Source: Promethearchaeota archaeon (GTDB lineage: Archaea > Asgardarchaeota > Lokiarchaeia > Sigyniarchaeales > SOKP01). Taken from it: 64,000 nt of DNA. Every line of letters starts with the position of its first letter. Position 1 is the stretch's first letter. The stretch spans positions 1-64,000 of the forward strand of contig JAUVXW010000010.1 in assembly GCA_030603385.1 (NCBI GenBank), given 5' to 3'. The translations under genes were made by a program, and so were the position numbers. Below the pieces are notes generated by a model. The model saw only the letters and a list, made by a program, of their open reading frames with translations, was not told where the DNA came from and searched no databases. Positions 39,799 through 50,000 of the stretch are shown one piece after another.

Positions 39799-40146
39799 AT
39801 GGAATTCTGTGAATGTGGAGGCATGATGCTCCCATCTACTGTAAACGGAAAAAAAGTATTTAAGTGTAAATGCGGAGCAATAAAAGATTTTTCTGAAGAA
39901 AAGTCGGGAGCATATAAATTAACTAAGAAAATTGAACACCCTGTCAGAAATGAGGTTATTAGCTTAACTGAAATTATGAATTGGAAAGAAGAATATTTAA
40001 GAAGTACTATTAAGGATTTTAAATGTCCTAGTTGCGGATATACAAAAGCACATCTGGAAACAAGGCAGACACGGAGTGCTGATGAAGGAATGACTCATTT
40101 TATAGTCTGTCTAAAATGTGGTCGCCATATAAAAATAGGGAGTTAG
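39799..40146 (+). CDS. tfs: Transcription factor S
   Basis: N-terminal Zn ribbon and C-terminal CPSCG...QTRSADEGMTHF..CLKCG. Confidence 0.92.
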   Translation: MEFCECGGMMLPSTVNGKKVFKCKCGAIKDFSEEKSGAYKLTKKIEHPVRNEVISLTEIMNWKEEYLRSTIKDFKCPSCGYTKAHLETRQTRSADEGMTHFIVCLKCGRHIKIGS

Positions 40147-40158
40147 TATTAAAGACTC

Positions 40159-40455
40159 TCAATCAAATAACTTGTTAATTAGTAATTGCTTTTTCTGTTT
40201 TTCTAGAAAATTTAATTTTACAGTCTTATTTGTACTTTTCAATCCTGATACTATCTTAATTTGATTTAACGTGATTTCTAGCTTAGTCTTTAGTAAATTT
40301 ATTAGTTCTTTATTTGCTTTATTTTTAATTGCCTTAGATCTAATATAAACCGTAAGATATTTATCATTTTCAATTAAATCTTGCCTTTTCGAATTTGGTT
40401 TAACATTGATGCGGAGAATGAAAGTATGATCATCCATTTTTTCGAGGAATCTCAT
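40159..40455 (-). CDS. DUF167/YggU family protein
   Basis: VKPNSK, KANKELINLL and IVSGLKSTNK. Confidence 0.88.
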   Translation of the reverse strand: MRFLEKMDDHTFILRINVKPNSKRQDLIENDKYLTVYIRSKAIKNKANKELINLLKTKLEITLNQIKIVSGLKSTNKTVKLNFLEKQKKQLLINKLFD

Positions 40456-40489
40456 TATTTATTAAACAGAATAAATTTTTATATAAATA

Positions 40490-41869
40490 TTAAATAAACT
40501 CATCAATTCTAGTTTTTAGTCGATTATAAGAAGGTTTTGATAACCTAATACCCCCAGCAAGCTTATGTCCCCCGCCTACACCTCCTAATTCATTTTTTAT
40601 TCTAGAAATGATTTTGTTTACCCCATTTTCATTATTATTTTCAAGATATTTTCTTGAACATCGAATACTTAATTTAATTGTCCCAGATTTCATTTCTAAA
40701 CCACCTAGAAATAAAATTTTATTAGGATTAACAAGTTCATTAACTGCACTGAAACTAGCTGTATCTGACCAGTTGCTAGGAGGTATTTTTCCTTTTACTT
40801 CTATAAAAATTGCTTTTTCTGTTTCAGAAGTAGGTAATTCGTTAGAAACAGTTTTCAAATTATTTACCAGATTATTTATATAATTCATATATAAATTCTT
40901 GGCGTAACGAGTAATTGTTTTTAATTGTGTAATTGATATAGCTGCGCTAATATTTTTAAAACATAAGATATTCAATAACAGTGCGTGTTCAAATGCAAAT
41001 TTTAGCAATCCTGCTTTGTGTGGTAACAATGCATAATGACCATAGCTACCTATATTCACTTTTTGTTGAATTGCGTAAATTTCATCCTTATTTAGATCAA
41101 CAACTTTAGTCGTTGGATCTATTTGTATTGAGTTTAGAACAGATTTAATTTTGTTGTCAGATTCACCCCCAATTCCATTAATATAAGGTAAAATACTGTA
41201 TTTTAAACTGTTTTTGATGGATTCATGCATATTTCCAAATAATGTAAGCCCTTCTTTATCCTCAACAAGTTCTTCGCTTATTAGTTCTTCGTATACTTCT
41301 CGATTAAATGATTGAAGTTTATCCATTGACTTTAAAGAATCTCCAGCAATTCCTATTATTGTGAGCCATCCCTGCTTTATTATCGAGGGTTTTATTTGTT
41401 TAGCGAACATATAAGCAAGAGTTGCTCCAGAGATATGTTCAAGACCATCATAACCATGAATTGTAGGATTTACAAAAAACAAGTTTTCAGGTATATCACT
41501 AATTCTGATGTCATCTTCCACTTCATGATGATCAAGAATATAAAAATGTTCTTTTCTATTTCTTATAATAGGAATTAATTCTGCTAAATTAGAACCTAGA
41601 TCAGTAAAAATAAATGCAGTTTTTTCACTTTGCCTTTTAGATAAAATTCCTTTTAAATAATTTTCCCAAGAAACAGATCTATTATATATAAAGTAATCAT
41701 AATCTATTTTTAGTTGATGTAATAAATTCTGGATAATATGTAAGCTACTAATACCATCAGCATCATTATGAGAAATGGCTATAATTTTTGGATATGAATG
41801 ATCAACAAAATGATCTACGGCATTATTAAAATCTTCCAAAAATTTTGCTTTATCTGGTTTCTTGGTCAT
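40490..41869 (-). CDS. DHH-family phosphoesterase (RecJ/Cdc45-like)
   Basis: Motifs HNDADG, TDLGS, LDHH and the DHHA1 motif GGGHKLAGG. Confidence 0.88.
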   Translation of the reverse strand: MTKKPDKAKFLEDFNNAVDHFVDHSYPKIIAISHNDADGISSLHIIQNLLHQLKIDYDYFIYNRSVSWENYLKGILSKRQSEKTAFIFTDLGSNLAELIPIIRNRKEHFYILDHHEVEDDIRISDIPENLFFVNPTIHGYDGLEHISGATLAYMFAKQIKPSIIKQGWLTIIGIAGDSLKSMDKLQSFNREVYEELISEELVEDKEGLTLFGNMHESIKNSLKYSILPYINGIGGESDNKIKSVLNSIQIDPTTKVVDLNKDEIYAIQQKVNIGSYGHYALLPHKAGLLKFAFEHALLLNILCFKNISAAISITQLKTITRYAKNLYMNYINNLVNNLKTVSNELPTSETEKAIFIEVKGKIPPSNWSDTASFSAVNELVNPNKILFLGGLEMKSGTIKLSIRCSRKYLENNNENGVNKIISRIKNELGGVGGGHKLAGGIRLSKPSYNRLKTRIDEFI

Positions 41870-42167
41870 TTATATCAATTAATTATTAAAATACAAGAAG
41901 TTTTAAAATATTTACTTATCATTAAGTAAATTATTAGATAATCATAAATCAAAAAATCCTAAATTATGAATGTTCTATTAGATAAATCTTCTATATTTTT
42001 ATTTTGAGCAAATTCTGATAAATTTCAAATAAATTCTACAATTATAAATATTCCGATTTGATTTTTGCTTTTTACTAGAAATCAAGGTAAAAATTAAAAT
42101 CTAAGGAAAAATTTTTTAATTCATTTTAAATTTCTGTCTTTAAGGTTTCACAAATAAAAGCACAATC

Positions 42168-43865
42168 ATGTCTAATAAAACTCGGAATAATACCATATTC
42201 TCTAAAAAGACTTTTCTTCTTATTTTGATGATTATGGCAATCTTTATTCCTGTAGTATTTACAAATTTTAAAATTTTTCCCAACTTCAGTTTAAATAAGA
42301 ATTATCTTCAAGAAAATGACCTTAATATGAATGAATTTACGAAAGACAATTACACTGAAATACTAACAACAGCTAAACATGGATTAGGTAATATAACAAT
42401 AGATGACATTAGTTTTAACTTTATTTTTCCAGGTTTTGTTAATGAAAATATTTATCATCCACTCGTTACCGAAGATCATATCAAGGGAGCTATAAGTATA
42501 GATGTAACACACATGGAGTTTATTGAAACTACAAGTCCAGCCTTAATAGACAATTTAAATAGTGAAACTGGTGATAGCGTTCTTGCCACTTACAAATTAA
42601 ATGAAACTATACAAGTAAATTATAATAAATCAGAAGCAAGATATTTAATCTATCATTCTCGTTTTACAGACACAAAGTTATTAGAATTTTATGTCAATAA
42701 TGGCACTATAATAACTGAGTTAACAGAAGGAGTTGACTATACCTTAGATGATCAAAATTTTCTGGTATTTTATTATGAGGATTACTTCCAAGAAGGTCGC
42801 ACTTTTAATTTTACTATGTACCTCATATGGGAACATCTATTAGTTTTTGGAGATTGGGAGATTGAACAAATGGAAGATCAGGTTTTAGAGATTAGTGAAG
42901 TAGAGCAAGAACTTACACCAGAATTCAATTATAATTTCTTTCTAATCGCGAGGGCATATGATCAGGATTTAGATGAGGTATTACCGATTTCTTTTTGGGA
43001 TGTTGCTTTAACGGTTAACCCATTAGATAAGGAGGAATTCAATAACCATAAATTAATGTTAAATGGAATTGAGGTGAATATTGGTGAACATTTAAATCCT
43101 GATAAGTCATTAAAAATAAAACTTTCTGATCATTTTACTCCAGATACAAACACTTTTTCACTAAATTTTACTAGTTCCTATTTGATAAGATTTGAAGAAC
43201 CCGTTGGAAATTTATGGGCTATCGACAGGCTTGTATCTCAGCGAGAAATAAGAGAAAGAATTTATTTTTGTAATTTAATATCAGGACCAAGGCATATCTA
43301 CTTAGAAAATGTATTATTTTATGAACCGGGTATTTATTTTGAAGAAGTGATAAATACATACTCATTGTTCAATAGAGATGTGTTATTTGTTGATGCTAAT
43401 AATTCCATTTCTAATCAACTGGGCCTGAACGTAACTATACCTTATTTATTTGTAGGAGAAACTTGTCCTTTTTCAATTGAATATTTCACATTTCAGAAGT
43501 TGAAAATTGTTATTACTGATAATATTAAAATGCCTTTAGTAGGAGTAAAAATCGAAGTCTTTTATTTTGGAGCGATCTATGGGACATATATTTCGAATAA
43601 AACTATTCAACCAATTATTCCACTTAAATCGGATGAAAATGGGCAAATTGTATTATATAATGTTCCTCGAGGAAATTATACAATAAGAGTATATTGGGAA
43701 GGAAGATTTGTAAAAAAGGCTTCCATTTCGACATTCAACGAGATTAACTATGTGAATACTAGTATTGTTCACTCTCCCCTCTGGATAATAATCTTTGGAG
43801 GAATAAACGGGATTATTCTAATTTTAGGTGCTATAATTTATCTAAAATATAAAAAATTACGATAA
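42168..43865 (+). CDS. Secreted, C-terminally anchored surface protein with a carboxypeptidase-regulatory-like domain
   Basis: N-terminal TM, SDENGQIVLYNVPRGNYTIRV, and a C-terminal TM with a basic tail. Confidence 0.75.
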   Translation: MSNKTRNNTIFSKKTFLLILMIMAIFIPVVFTNFKIFPNFSLNKNYLQENDLNMNEFTKDNYTEILTTAKHGLGNITIDDISFNFIFPGFVNENIYHPLVTEDHIKGAISIDVTHMEFIETTSPALIDNLNSETGDSVLATYKLNETIQVNYNKSEARYLIYHSRFTDTKLLEFYVNNGTIITELTEGVDYTLDDQNFLVFYYEDYFQEGRTFNFTMYLIWEHLLVFGDWEIEQMEDQVLEISEVEQELTPEFNYNFFLIARAYDQDLDEVLPISFWDVALTVNPLDKEEFNNHKLMLNGIEVNIGEHLNPDKSLKIKLSDHFTPDTNTFSLNFTSSYLIRFEEPVGNLWAIDRLVSQREIRERIYFCNLISGPRHIYLENVLFYEPGIYFEEVINTYSLFNRDVLFVDANNSISNQLGLNVTIPYLFVGETCPFSIEYFTFQKLKIVITDNIKMPLVGVKIEVFYFGAIYGTYISNKTIQPIIPLKSDENGQIVLYNVPRGNYTIRVYWEGRFVKKASISTFNEINYVNTSIVHSPLWIIIFGGINGIILILGAIIYLKYKKLR

Positions 43866-43871
43866 TTAATT

Positions 43872-44198
43872 TTGATCGTTATTTTCTGTGATAATATTGA
43901 CGATTTTATTGGTTTTTTGGAAAAACGTGTAATGGGTGAAATATTTTACGAATTTAAAGAAATTACTAGTAATAGCTTATCCAGTAAAGTAGATATAGAA
44001 ATTGTACTCCACTTTTTAGCTAAAATCGAAGGTACTATGGCCCTGTATGAAACAAAGCAAAATATTACAAAATCAAGCAATTCTGATATCGATAAAGAGG
44101 TTGTAAAAACTTTAGAGAAAATATTTAGTAGTGTTGATCAATCATTAAGTCTAATCAAGGGAAAAATACGCGAAATTTTTCTTTCCTATTCATCATAG
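43872..44198 (+). CDS. Hypothetical protein
   Basis: 108-aa ORF directly downstream of the surface protein gene. Confidence 0.7.
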   Translation: MIVIFCDNIDDFIGFLEKRVMGEIFYEFKEITSNSLSSKVDIEIVLHFLAKIEGTMALYETKQNITKSSNSDIDKEVVKTLEKIFSSVDQSLSLIKGKIREIFLSYSS

Positions 44199-44234
44199 AC
44201 TAGTTCTATATGGATTTTGTATGGTTAAACTCAT

Positions 44235-45815
44235 TTAATTATGGTTTATTTCTTCTCCATATCCTATTAAGCGATAACGTCTATTAATTATACGAGAAAT
44301 GGCATAAATGAAATTTTTGGGGGGGCATATTGGTGGGGAAAGTTTTATTATAGTAGAGTTTTTTAATATTTTTGTTACAGTTCCTCCAGTCTTTTCTGTA
44401 CCAACAACTAATAACAATTTCTCACCATGTTTGAGTGGTTGAACCTTCATTTGAACTTCAGAACCAATCACTCGGTCTAAAAGATGGACGTCTAACTCGA
44501 CTTCTGTTAATATTTCTGGAAGAGTTCCAGGTCCTCCAACTAGATGTCCAATTAGATGATCACCTTTGGTTAAAGCAGGATCTAATTTTGTCCCTAAACC
44601 AATTAATCCACCAGGTTTAGCAGTTTTTAAAAGATTACTTCCTTGACTAATACTTACTACCATCGATTTTATTGGCATGTATTTATCCTTAATACGAATA
44701 CCAGGTTTAATTTCGATTTGATCTCCAACCTCAATTTTTCCTTTTAATACGGAACCCCCTATTACACCGCCTTTTAAATCGATAATCTCTTTCCCAGGTC
44801 GATTGATATCAAATGATCTTGCTACTAAAAATTGAAATGATTTTTCTTCTTTAAACTCTGGAGTCGGGATTATTTCTTCAAAAGCTTTCACAACAAGATC
44901 CAAATTCGCCTCAAAAACTGCCGATACAGGTATAATTGGGGCATTCTCAGCAACAGTACCTTTAACAAATTCTTTAATCTGTTGGTAATTCTCTAAAACT
45001 TGTTCTCGAGAAACAGCATCAATTTTATTTTGTAATATTATAATATTTTTAATCCCTGCTATGTTTAAAGCAGCTAAATGTTCCCGAGTTTGAGGTTGAG
45101 GACATTTCTCGTCAGCAGCAATTAAAAAACATGCCCCATCCATTAATGAGGCACCACTTAACATGGTTGCCATCAAAATCTCGTGGCCTGGGGCATCTAC
45201 AAAAGAAATATTGCGCTTAAATTCTAAATTTCCATTGCATTTTGAACATGCAAATCGAGGTTGTCCTTTCGCTCTGTTTTTTTCTGCAAGGTGGGCTGTT
45301 GTATATTCATCGCATTTAGGACAATAAAGAATTGTAGCATTGGAATATCCTAATTTTATCGAAATGCCTCTTTCTTGCTCTTCAGAATGTCGATCAGTCC
45401 AATCTCCTGTTAAAGATTTAACCAGCGTGGTTTTACCGTGGTCTACATGACCAACAAGGCCAATATTGCATTCTGCTTGTTGTTTAATTAATTCCTTTTT
45501 TATGGATCCTTTTACCTTAGAAACTTGTTTTGGTTTTGGTTTTGGTTTAGATTTAGATTTTGATGCTGTCTTTTCACCAGTTTTTTCTTTTATTGTTGCT
45601 GAAGATTTTATTTTTCCACCTATTTCTTCAAAAACCTTTTTAGCATTTGTAATAATTTTTTCTGCAGTTACTTTTCCCACGCCTTTTATTTTTAATTTTA
45701 CTAAATCATCAGGTTCTACAGCAACCAGTTTTTCAATTGAATCTATTCCTGCCGCTTTCATTTTTTCTGCGGTTGATTTGCCAATTCCCGAGATATCTTC
45801 TAATTCATAGGACAT
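44235..45815 (-). CDS. eif2g: Translation initiation factor aIF2 gamma with an N-terminal HhH domain
   Basis: GHVDHGKT, RGISIKLGY, DAPGHE, QPQTREH and NKID; about 110-aa N-terminal extension with ISGIGKSTAEKM and KGVGKVTAEKI. Confidence 0.95.
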   Translation of the reverse strand: MSYELEDISGIGKSTAEKMKAAGIDSIEKLVAVEPDDLVKLKIKGVGKVTAEKIITNAKKVFEEIGGKIKSSATIKEKTGEKTASKSKSKPKPKPKQVSKVKGSIKKELIKQQAECNIGLVGHVDHGKTTLVKSLTGDWTDRHSEEQERGISIKLGYSNATILYCPKCDEYTTAHLAEKNRAKGQPRFACSKCNGNLEFKRNISFVDAPGHEILMATMLSGASLMDGACFLIAADEKCPQPQTREHLAALNIAGIKNIIILQNKIDAVSREQVLENYQQIKEFVKGTVAENAPIIPVSAVFEANLDLVVKAFEEIIPTPEFKEEKSFQFLVARSFDINRPGKEIIDLKGGVIGGSVLKGKIEVGDQIEIKPGIRIKDKYMPIKSMVVSISQGSNLLKTAKPGGLIGLGTKLDPALTKGDHLIGHLVGGPGTLPEILTEVELDVHLLDRVIGSEVQMKVQPLKHGEKLLLVVGTEKTGGTVTKILKNSTIIKLSPPICPPKNFIYAISRIINRRYRLIGYGEEINHN

Positions 45816-45941
45816 GTTAGTATAAAATTTAGGTATTATAACTGCTGTATAAATATTTCCCTATGAAACATTAAGCAAAGATTTTTTATTAAATTAATCA
45901 ATAAACCTATTTCTTTTAAAAAAAATTGCTTAAAAAATCTT

Positions 45942-46160
45942 TTATTTGGTCTGAATTGTTGTTATACCACCAGGTTTTTTTTCGAGCTCTTTGTAAGATA
46001 TTCTCAATAGGCTATCTACATAGAAAGTAGATAATTTGGTACAAGATTTACAGATGATATAAACTGGAGAAGGATAATGGCTAGAATCAATATCATCTAT
46101 TTCAATTTTAAATATAATTTTCGAATTACAATGTGGACATGTGTTAAACCGAAGAGGCAT
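45942..46160 (-). CDS. Small zinc-ribbon protein
   Basis: CPHC...CKSC. Confidence 0.65.
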   Translation of the reverse strand: MPLRFNTCPHCNSKIIFKIEIDDIDSSHYPSPVYIICKSCTKLSTFYVDSLLRISYKELEKKPGGITTIQTK

Positions 46161-46263
46161 AATAGTAATAATCCAACAATTTATTTTTATAATAAATAGA
46201 TTCTTATTTCTATTTTATTATTTCTAAAATTAAATAAATAATAACAATTTTTATTGATACTAT

Positions 46264-48393
46264 ATGGTAGAGTTTTCGTCAAAGAGGTTAGGGTCATTTT
46301 CATTTATTTTAATAATAATTACCCTAGTATTGGGTGTTTTCTTTATCAATCCTTACGCACATTTAAAAAAATTGAATTACTCAGAAATTACTCTGTCTAC
46401 TAATGGGTATTCTGAAGTTGATTTATCATTTATACCCGAAATTGATTATGACTCATTAAATGACTCTTGGTATAACCCAAAAGTTAACATGTTAATTATC
46501 ACTAAAAATGATTCTAATTTTGTCAATGCCCTAAAACCTTTGATGGATTGGAAAAATGAGAAGGGTGTTAAAACGATTATATTAAGCAATTTTTCTGCTT
46601 ATGGAGGGATAGACGATGCAGAGCGTATCCGAAACATGATAAAAGCTTATTATGAAAATGAAAATATACAGTGGGTACTGTTGGCGGGAGATGCTCAAGA
46701 TGATTTAATCCCCATTAGAAATGTATATAATCCTGATGTATATCGTGTGACCGAGGGAATTAGATCTGAAACTGTCGGTGGAGAATTTTATAAGCCAACA
46801 GACTTTTATTATGCAGATCTTACTGGTATTTGGGATAGTGATGGGGATGGAAATTGGGGAGAAGCTCCTCAAGACAATTCTTTTGGATTTGACGAAATCT
46901 CATGGATACCAGAAGTATATGTCGGAAGACTTCCCGCAAATGATGCATATGAGTTGGGAATTATGGTAAATAAAACATTAAAATATGAAAAAGACCCAGA
47001 AATTGGCGATTGGATGAACAGAATGTTATTAGCAGGGGGAATATCCGATTTCCCCGTTGGTAGTGACACTGATGGGGAATATGAAAGTGTTTTAACAGAC
47101 TATATAATTCAAAATTATGCAAAATCAATTGTAAATTATACCCATTTAATCAGAGAAGAGGGAAATCTTACTCAACCAATTCTCAATTATTATTTTAATA
47201 GTGGATATTCAACAGTTATTATGGCGGGTCATGGAGATCCCACAACATATTATATAAGCGGGTCTACTCCGGGATATACTTCTAATGATGCTAAATCATG
47301 TTCAAATACTCACATGCCTTCTTTAGTTTATCTTGACACTTGTTCGACGTCTAGTTATGATTATAATGATAACAGCATAGGAGAAATCCTAATAAACAGG
47401 AAGGATGCAGGTGCTATAGGAGTAATTGGGGGATTAAGAGTTACCTGGTATTATACAAATGATGAAAATCTTGAGAAATTAAATCGTGGAAATGCAAAAT
47501 TATTTTGGGAAGAGTTTTTCGAACAAAAGAAATTTCAACAAGGACGGGCATTATACGATTCTAAAGTTGCGTATATAAACAGTGATTATTATACTAAAGG
47601 TTCTGGTTCAACAATTTATGATTTTGAACGCAAAAATATTCTAACATATAACCTTTTAGGGGATCCAGAAGTTGATATTTACACAAATAACCCGAAAAAC
47701 GCTATAAATCCATTTAACGAAATTTATTATGAGGGAGAATTCATATCTGTCATAATCAAAGATCTTAATAACTCAATAGTTCCATATGCGAGAGTTCATT
47801 TTAAAACTTCTGATGGTAAATATTATACTACATATGCGGATATTAATGGGATTGCTAAATTCCGATTACCTAAACAGGTCAGCGAAGTGTATAATGTAAC
47901 AATAACAGGTCATAACTTAATCCCTTCATACTTCAATTTTACCACTTCTATAGATAGTGTTAAACCAGGGTTTCATGAAATTTCTTATCTACCAAAAAAT
48001 CCGTCAACTGCAAATGTAATATCTTTTAATGTAGAGGTTTTTGATAATCGCTCGGGAATAGAAAGTGTATATTTATTCATTTCTAATAACAATTTCAAAG
48101 ATTATACCTATTTTACATCATCAAATGGTTTTTTAGATAATGAAAGTGTTTTCACATTTAATGTAGATAGATTACATCCAGGTGAATATTCTTATTTTAT
48201 TTTCGTCAGAGATTATGCAAACAATACAGACGTTTTTAATTACGAAATATTCAGATTTACTATTCCGAAACCTATCATTGATTATATACTTCCTGTTTCT
48301 TTAATTGTGATTATTGGAATTGCTGGAGTTTCTGCTTTTACAATTTACAAAGGAATAAAAAAGTATTCACGAGTAATTGAGAAATTAGAATAA
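46264..48393 (+). CDS. Membrane-anchored peptidase C25 (gingipain-like)
   Basis: WVLLAGD, TDFYYADL, VGRLP, catalytic AGHG and DTC, YNLLGDP; TM segments at both ends. Confidence 0.9.
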   Translation: MVEFSSKRLGSFSFILIIITLVLGVFFINPYAHLKKLNYSEITLSTNGYSEVDLSFIPEIDYDSLNDSWYNPKVNMLIITKNDSNFVNALKPLMDWKNEKGVKTIILSNFSAYGGIDDAERIRNMIKAYYENENIQWVLLAGDAQDDLIPIRNVYNPDVYRVTEGIRSETVGGEFYKPTDFYYADLTGIWDSDGDGNWGEAPQDNSFGFDEISWIPEVYVGRLPANDAYELGIMVNKTLKYEKDPEIGDWMNRMLLAGGISDFPVGSDTDGEYESVLTDYIIQNYAKSIVNYTHLIREEGNLTQPILNYYFNSGYSTVIMAGHGDPTTYYISGSTPGYTSNDAKSCSNTHMPSLVYLDTCSTSSYDYNDNSIGEILINRKDAGAIGVIGGLRVTWYYTNDENLEKLNRGNAKLFWEEFFEQKKFQQGRALYDSKVAYINSDYYTKGSGSTIYDFERKNILTYNLLGDPEVDIYTNNPKNAINPFNEIYYEGEFISVIIKDLNNSIVPYARVHFKTSDGKYYTTYADINGIAKFRLPKQVSEVYNVTITGHNLIPSYFNFTTSIDSVKPGFHEISYLPKNPSTANVISFNVEVFDNRSGIESVYLFISNNNFKDYTYFTSSNGFLDNESVFTFNVDRLHPGEYSYFIFVRDYANNTDVFNYEIFRFTIPKPIIDYILPVSLIVIIGIAGVSAFTIYKGIKKYSRVIEKLE

Positions 48394-48404
48394 AATATTT
48401 TGTA

Positions 48405-48968
48405 TTAATCTAAATCATTATCTTCCAGAGGTTCACTTTTTTTCAAATTAAGAAGATAAGAAATTGAGCTAATTGCCCCAAAGATTCCTTGTATGATTAA
48501 GGCTAAACAAATCAAAAATACAGCCAATAAATCATTGTATATAAACAAGAAAATAATTATAAAAATCCCTGCTAATGAAAATTTTATGATATATGAAATT
48601 TCGCTGAATAGGATTTTCCATACAGTAGATTTCTTTACTCGAGACTCTAATTCTTTATGATATTTTGCTTCTCCAGCTTCTTTTATATACCAACTACCTT
48701 CTATATTATTGGCAAAAAGGAATACACTCCACCATAAAATAAAGAAGCTGAGATAGAAGTCTAATGCCCCTAAAACTACTAGGGGTATCTGCATTAAAAC
48801 CATTCCTTTCCATCCAATACGTTTAGCCAATTTATTTGTCTCTAATTTTAATTCTTTCGACACATACCGCGTACTAAGTAAATCAAGTAATCGCCCTATA
48901 ATTGTAATTAAAATATTTATTAAATACTGGTACCACTGAACTTCTTGGAGGATTAATTGAAATATCAT
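48405..48968 (-). CDS. Hypothetical membrane protein
   Basis: Multiple TM segments; DLLST...LETN motif. Confidence 0.75.
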   Translation of the reverse strand: MIFQLILQEVQWYQYLINILITIIGRLLDLLSTRYVSKELKLETNKLAKRIGWKGMVLMQIPLVVLGALDFYLSFFILWWSVFLFANNIEGSWYIKEAGEAKYHKELESRVKKSTVWKILFSEISYIIKFSLAGIFIIIFLFIYNDLLAVFLICLALIIQGIFGAISSISYLLNLKKSEPLEDNDLD

Positions 48969-49060
48969 ATTCTAGAGCTTATCTTAGTTTACTCCTTTTA
49001 AATTTTGCCTTTTTCTATGAAAAAGTTTAATTACTAGTCTTTATTATTTCTCCTTACTCA

Positions 49061-49336
49061 TTACCTAATAAGAAGGTATTTACGTTGTAAATAACCGTAC
49101 TTATTAAATGGTAAACCCGTGGTTTTAAAACCACATAAATGTACAACATTCAGTAAAGCGCCGGAAGTTAAACTATTAAGCGTTGCAGGATAGTACTGCA
49201 GTAAATAGTCTGTGGGAAACCTCAAACTGTAAGTTCGCTTACGGTCATGGTTTATAAGGATAATACCCGGTCCCATCTGAAAATCCAGCTTGAATCAAGG
49301 TGGATCGGGAACCCGGAAACGCTTATTTATGTGGTT
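49061..49336 (+). ncRNA. Unidentified structured ncRNA
   Basis: GC-enriched intergenic island with at least 8 helices, GAAA and UUCG tetraloops, a 12-bp terminal helix (49129-49140/49325-49336) and a pseudoknot. Confidence 0.7.
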
Positions 49337-49440
49337 AAACCTAATTTACTTCCCTTAAAGATATTAGATTTTGTTTAAAAATAATTTTTTTATGTGATCA
49401 ATTATAAGTATATCATAATTAACAGTGGTAAATTGGAAAA

Positions 49441-49983
49441 ATGCCAAAAAAATATATAGTTGTTTTTAAAAGTATTGGACGAAGATGGTTCTTAATCCTT
49501 GTAATAATAATTATTATTATAGCAATTTTTAATCCAATTGCAGCAATTTGGATGGCTGGAATAACATTAGTGATGTTTTTACTATCATATATTCCAAGAC
49601 TCTTTTTCAAAAATAAACTCCACAGATTTATGAAAAAATTTTACAAGATCGAAGATGAATTGATTGCTAGAAAGCTTAAAAAACCTATTAAGAAAATCAG
49701 AGATGAGATGTTTGAATTATCTCAAAATCAAGAGAAAAAAAAAATGTTGATAGTATTTTTAAACAAACAGTACGTCTGTTACCATCAAGATACCATTAAA
49801 GCATTCAAGGAAGTTTACAATGAAGGTTATAGTGAAAAGGAAATGCTTGATAATTTGAAAAATTATAAAATTAATACTAGGCTAGAAATTAAAGCAATTC
49901 AAGACACTTTAATCAAACTTGATAGACTTAGTGAACGGGAAATTTCCGTAAAAGAGCATAAAGAAAAACAAAGATTTGCATAA
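49441..49983 (+). CDS. Hypothetical membrane protein
   Basis: Two N-terminal TMs followed by a basic soluble domain. Confidence 0.75.
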   Translation: MPKKYIVVFKSIGRRWFLILVIIIIIIAIFNPIAAIWMAGITLVMFLLSYIPRLFFKNKLHRFMKKFYKIEDELIARKLKKPIKKIRDEMFELSQNQEKKKMLIVFLNKQYVCYHQDTIKAFKEVYNEGYSEKEMLDNLKNYKINTRLEIKAIQDTLIKLDRLSEREISVKEHKEKQRFA

Positions 49984-50000
49984 AGTATTGAGATAGAAAC

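Noticed and set aside
49061-49276. 71-aa minus-strand ORF in the ORF track
   Set aside because: It lies entirely within the structured RNA island and has no protein-like features; it is probably a by-product of locally higher GC.
49129-49336. Calling the structured RNA RNase P RNA or SRP RNA
   Set aside because: The 3' end GAACCCGG...GCTTA plus terminal helix recalls RNase P, but GAGGAAAGUCC and the bulged U of P4 are missing, and no SRP helix-8 motif is present on either strand, so I left it unassigned.
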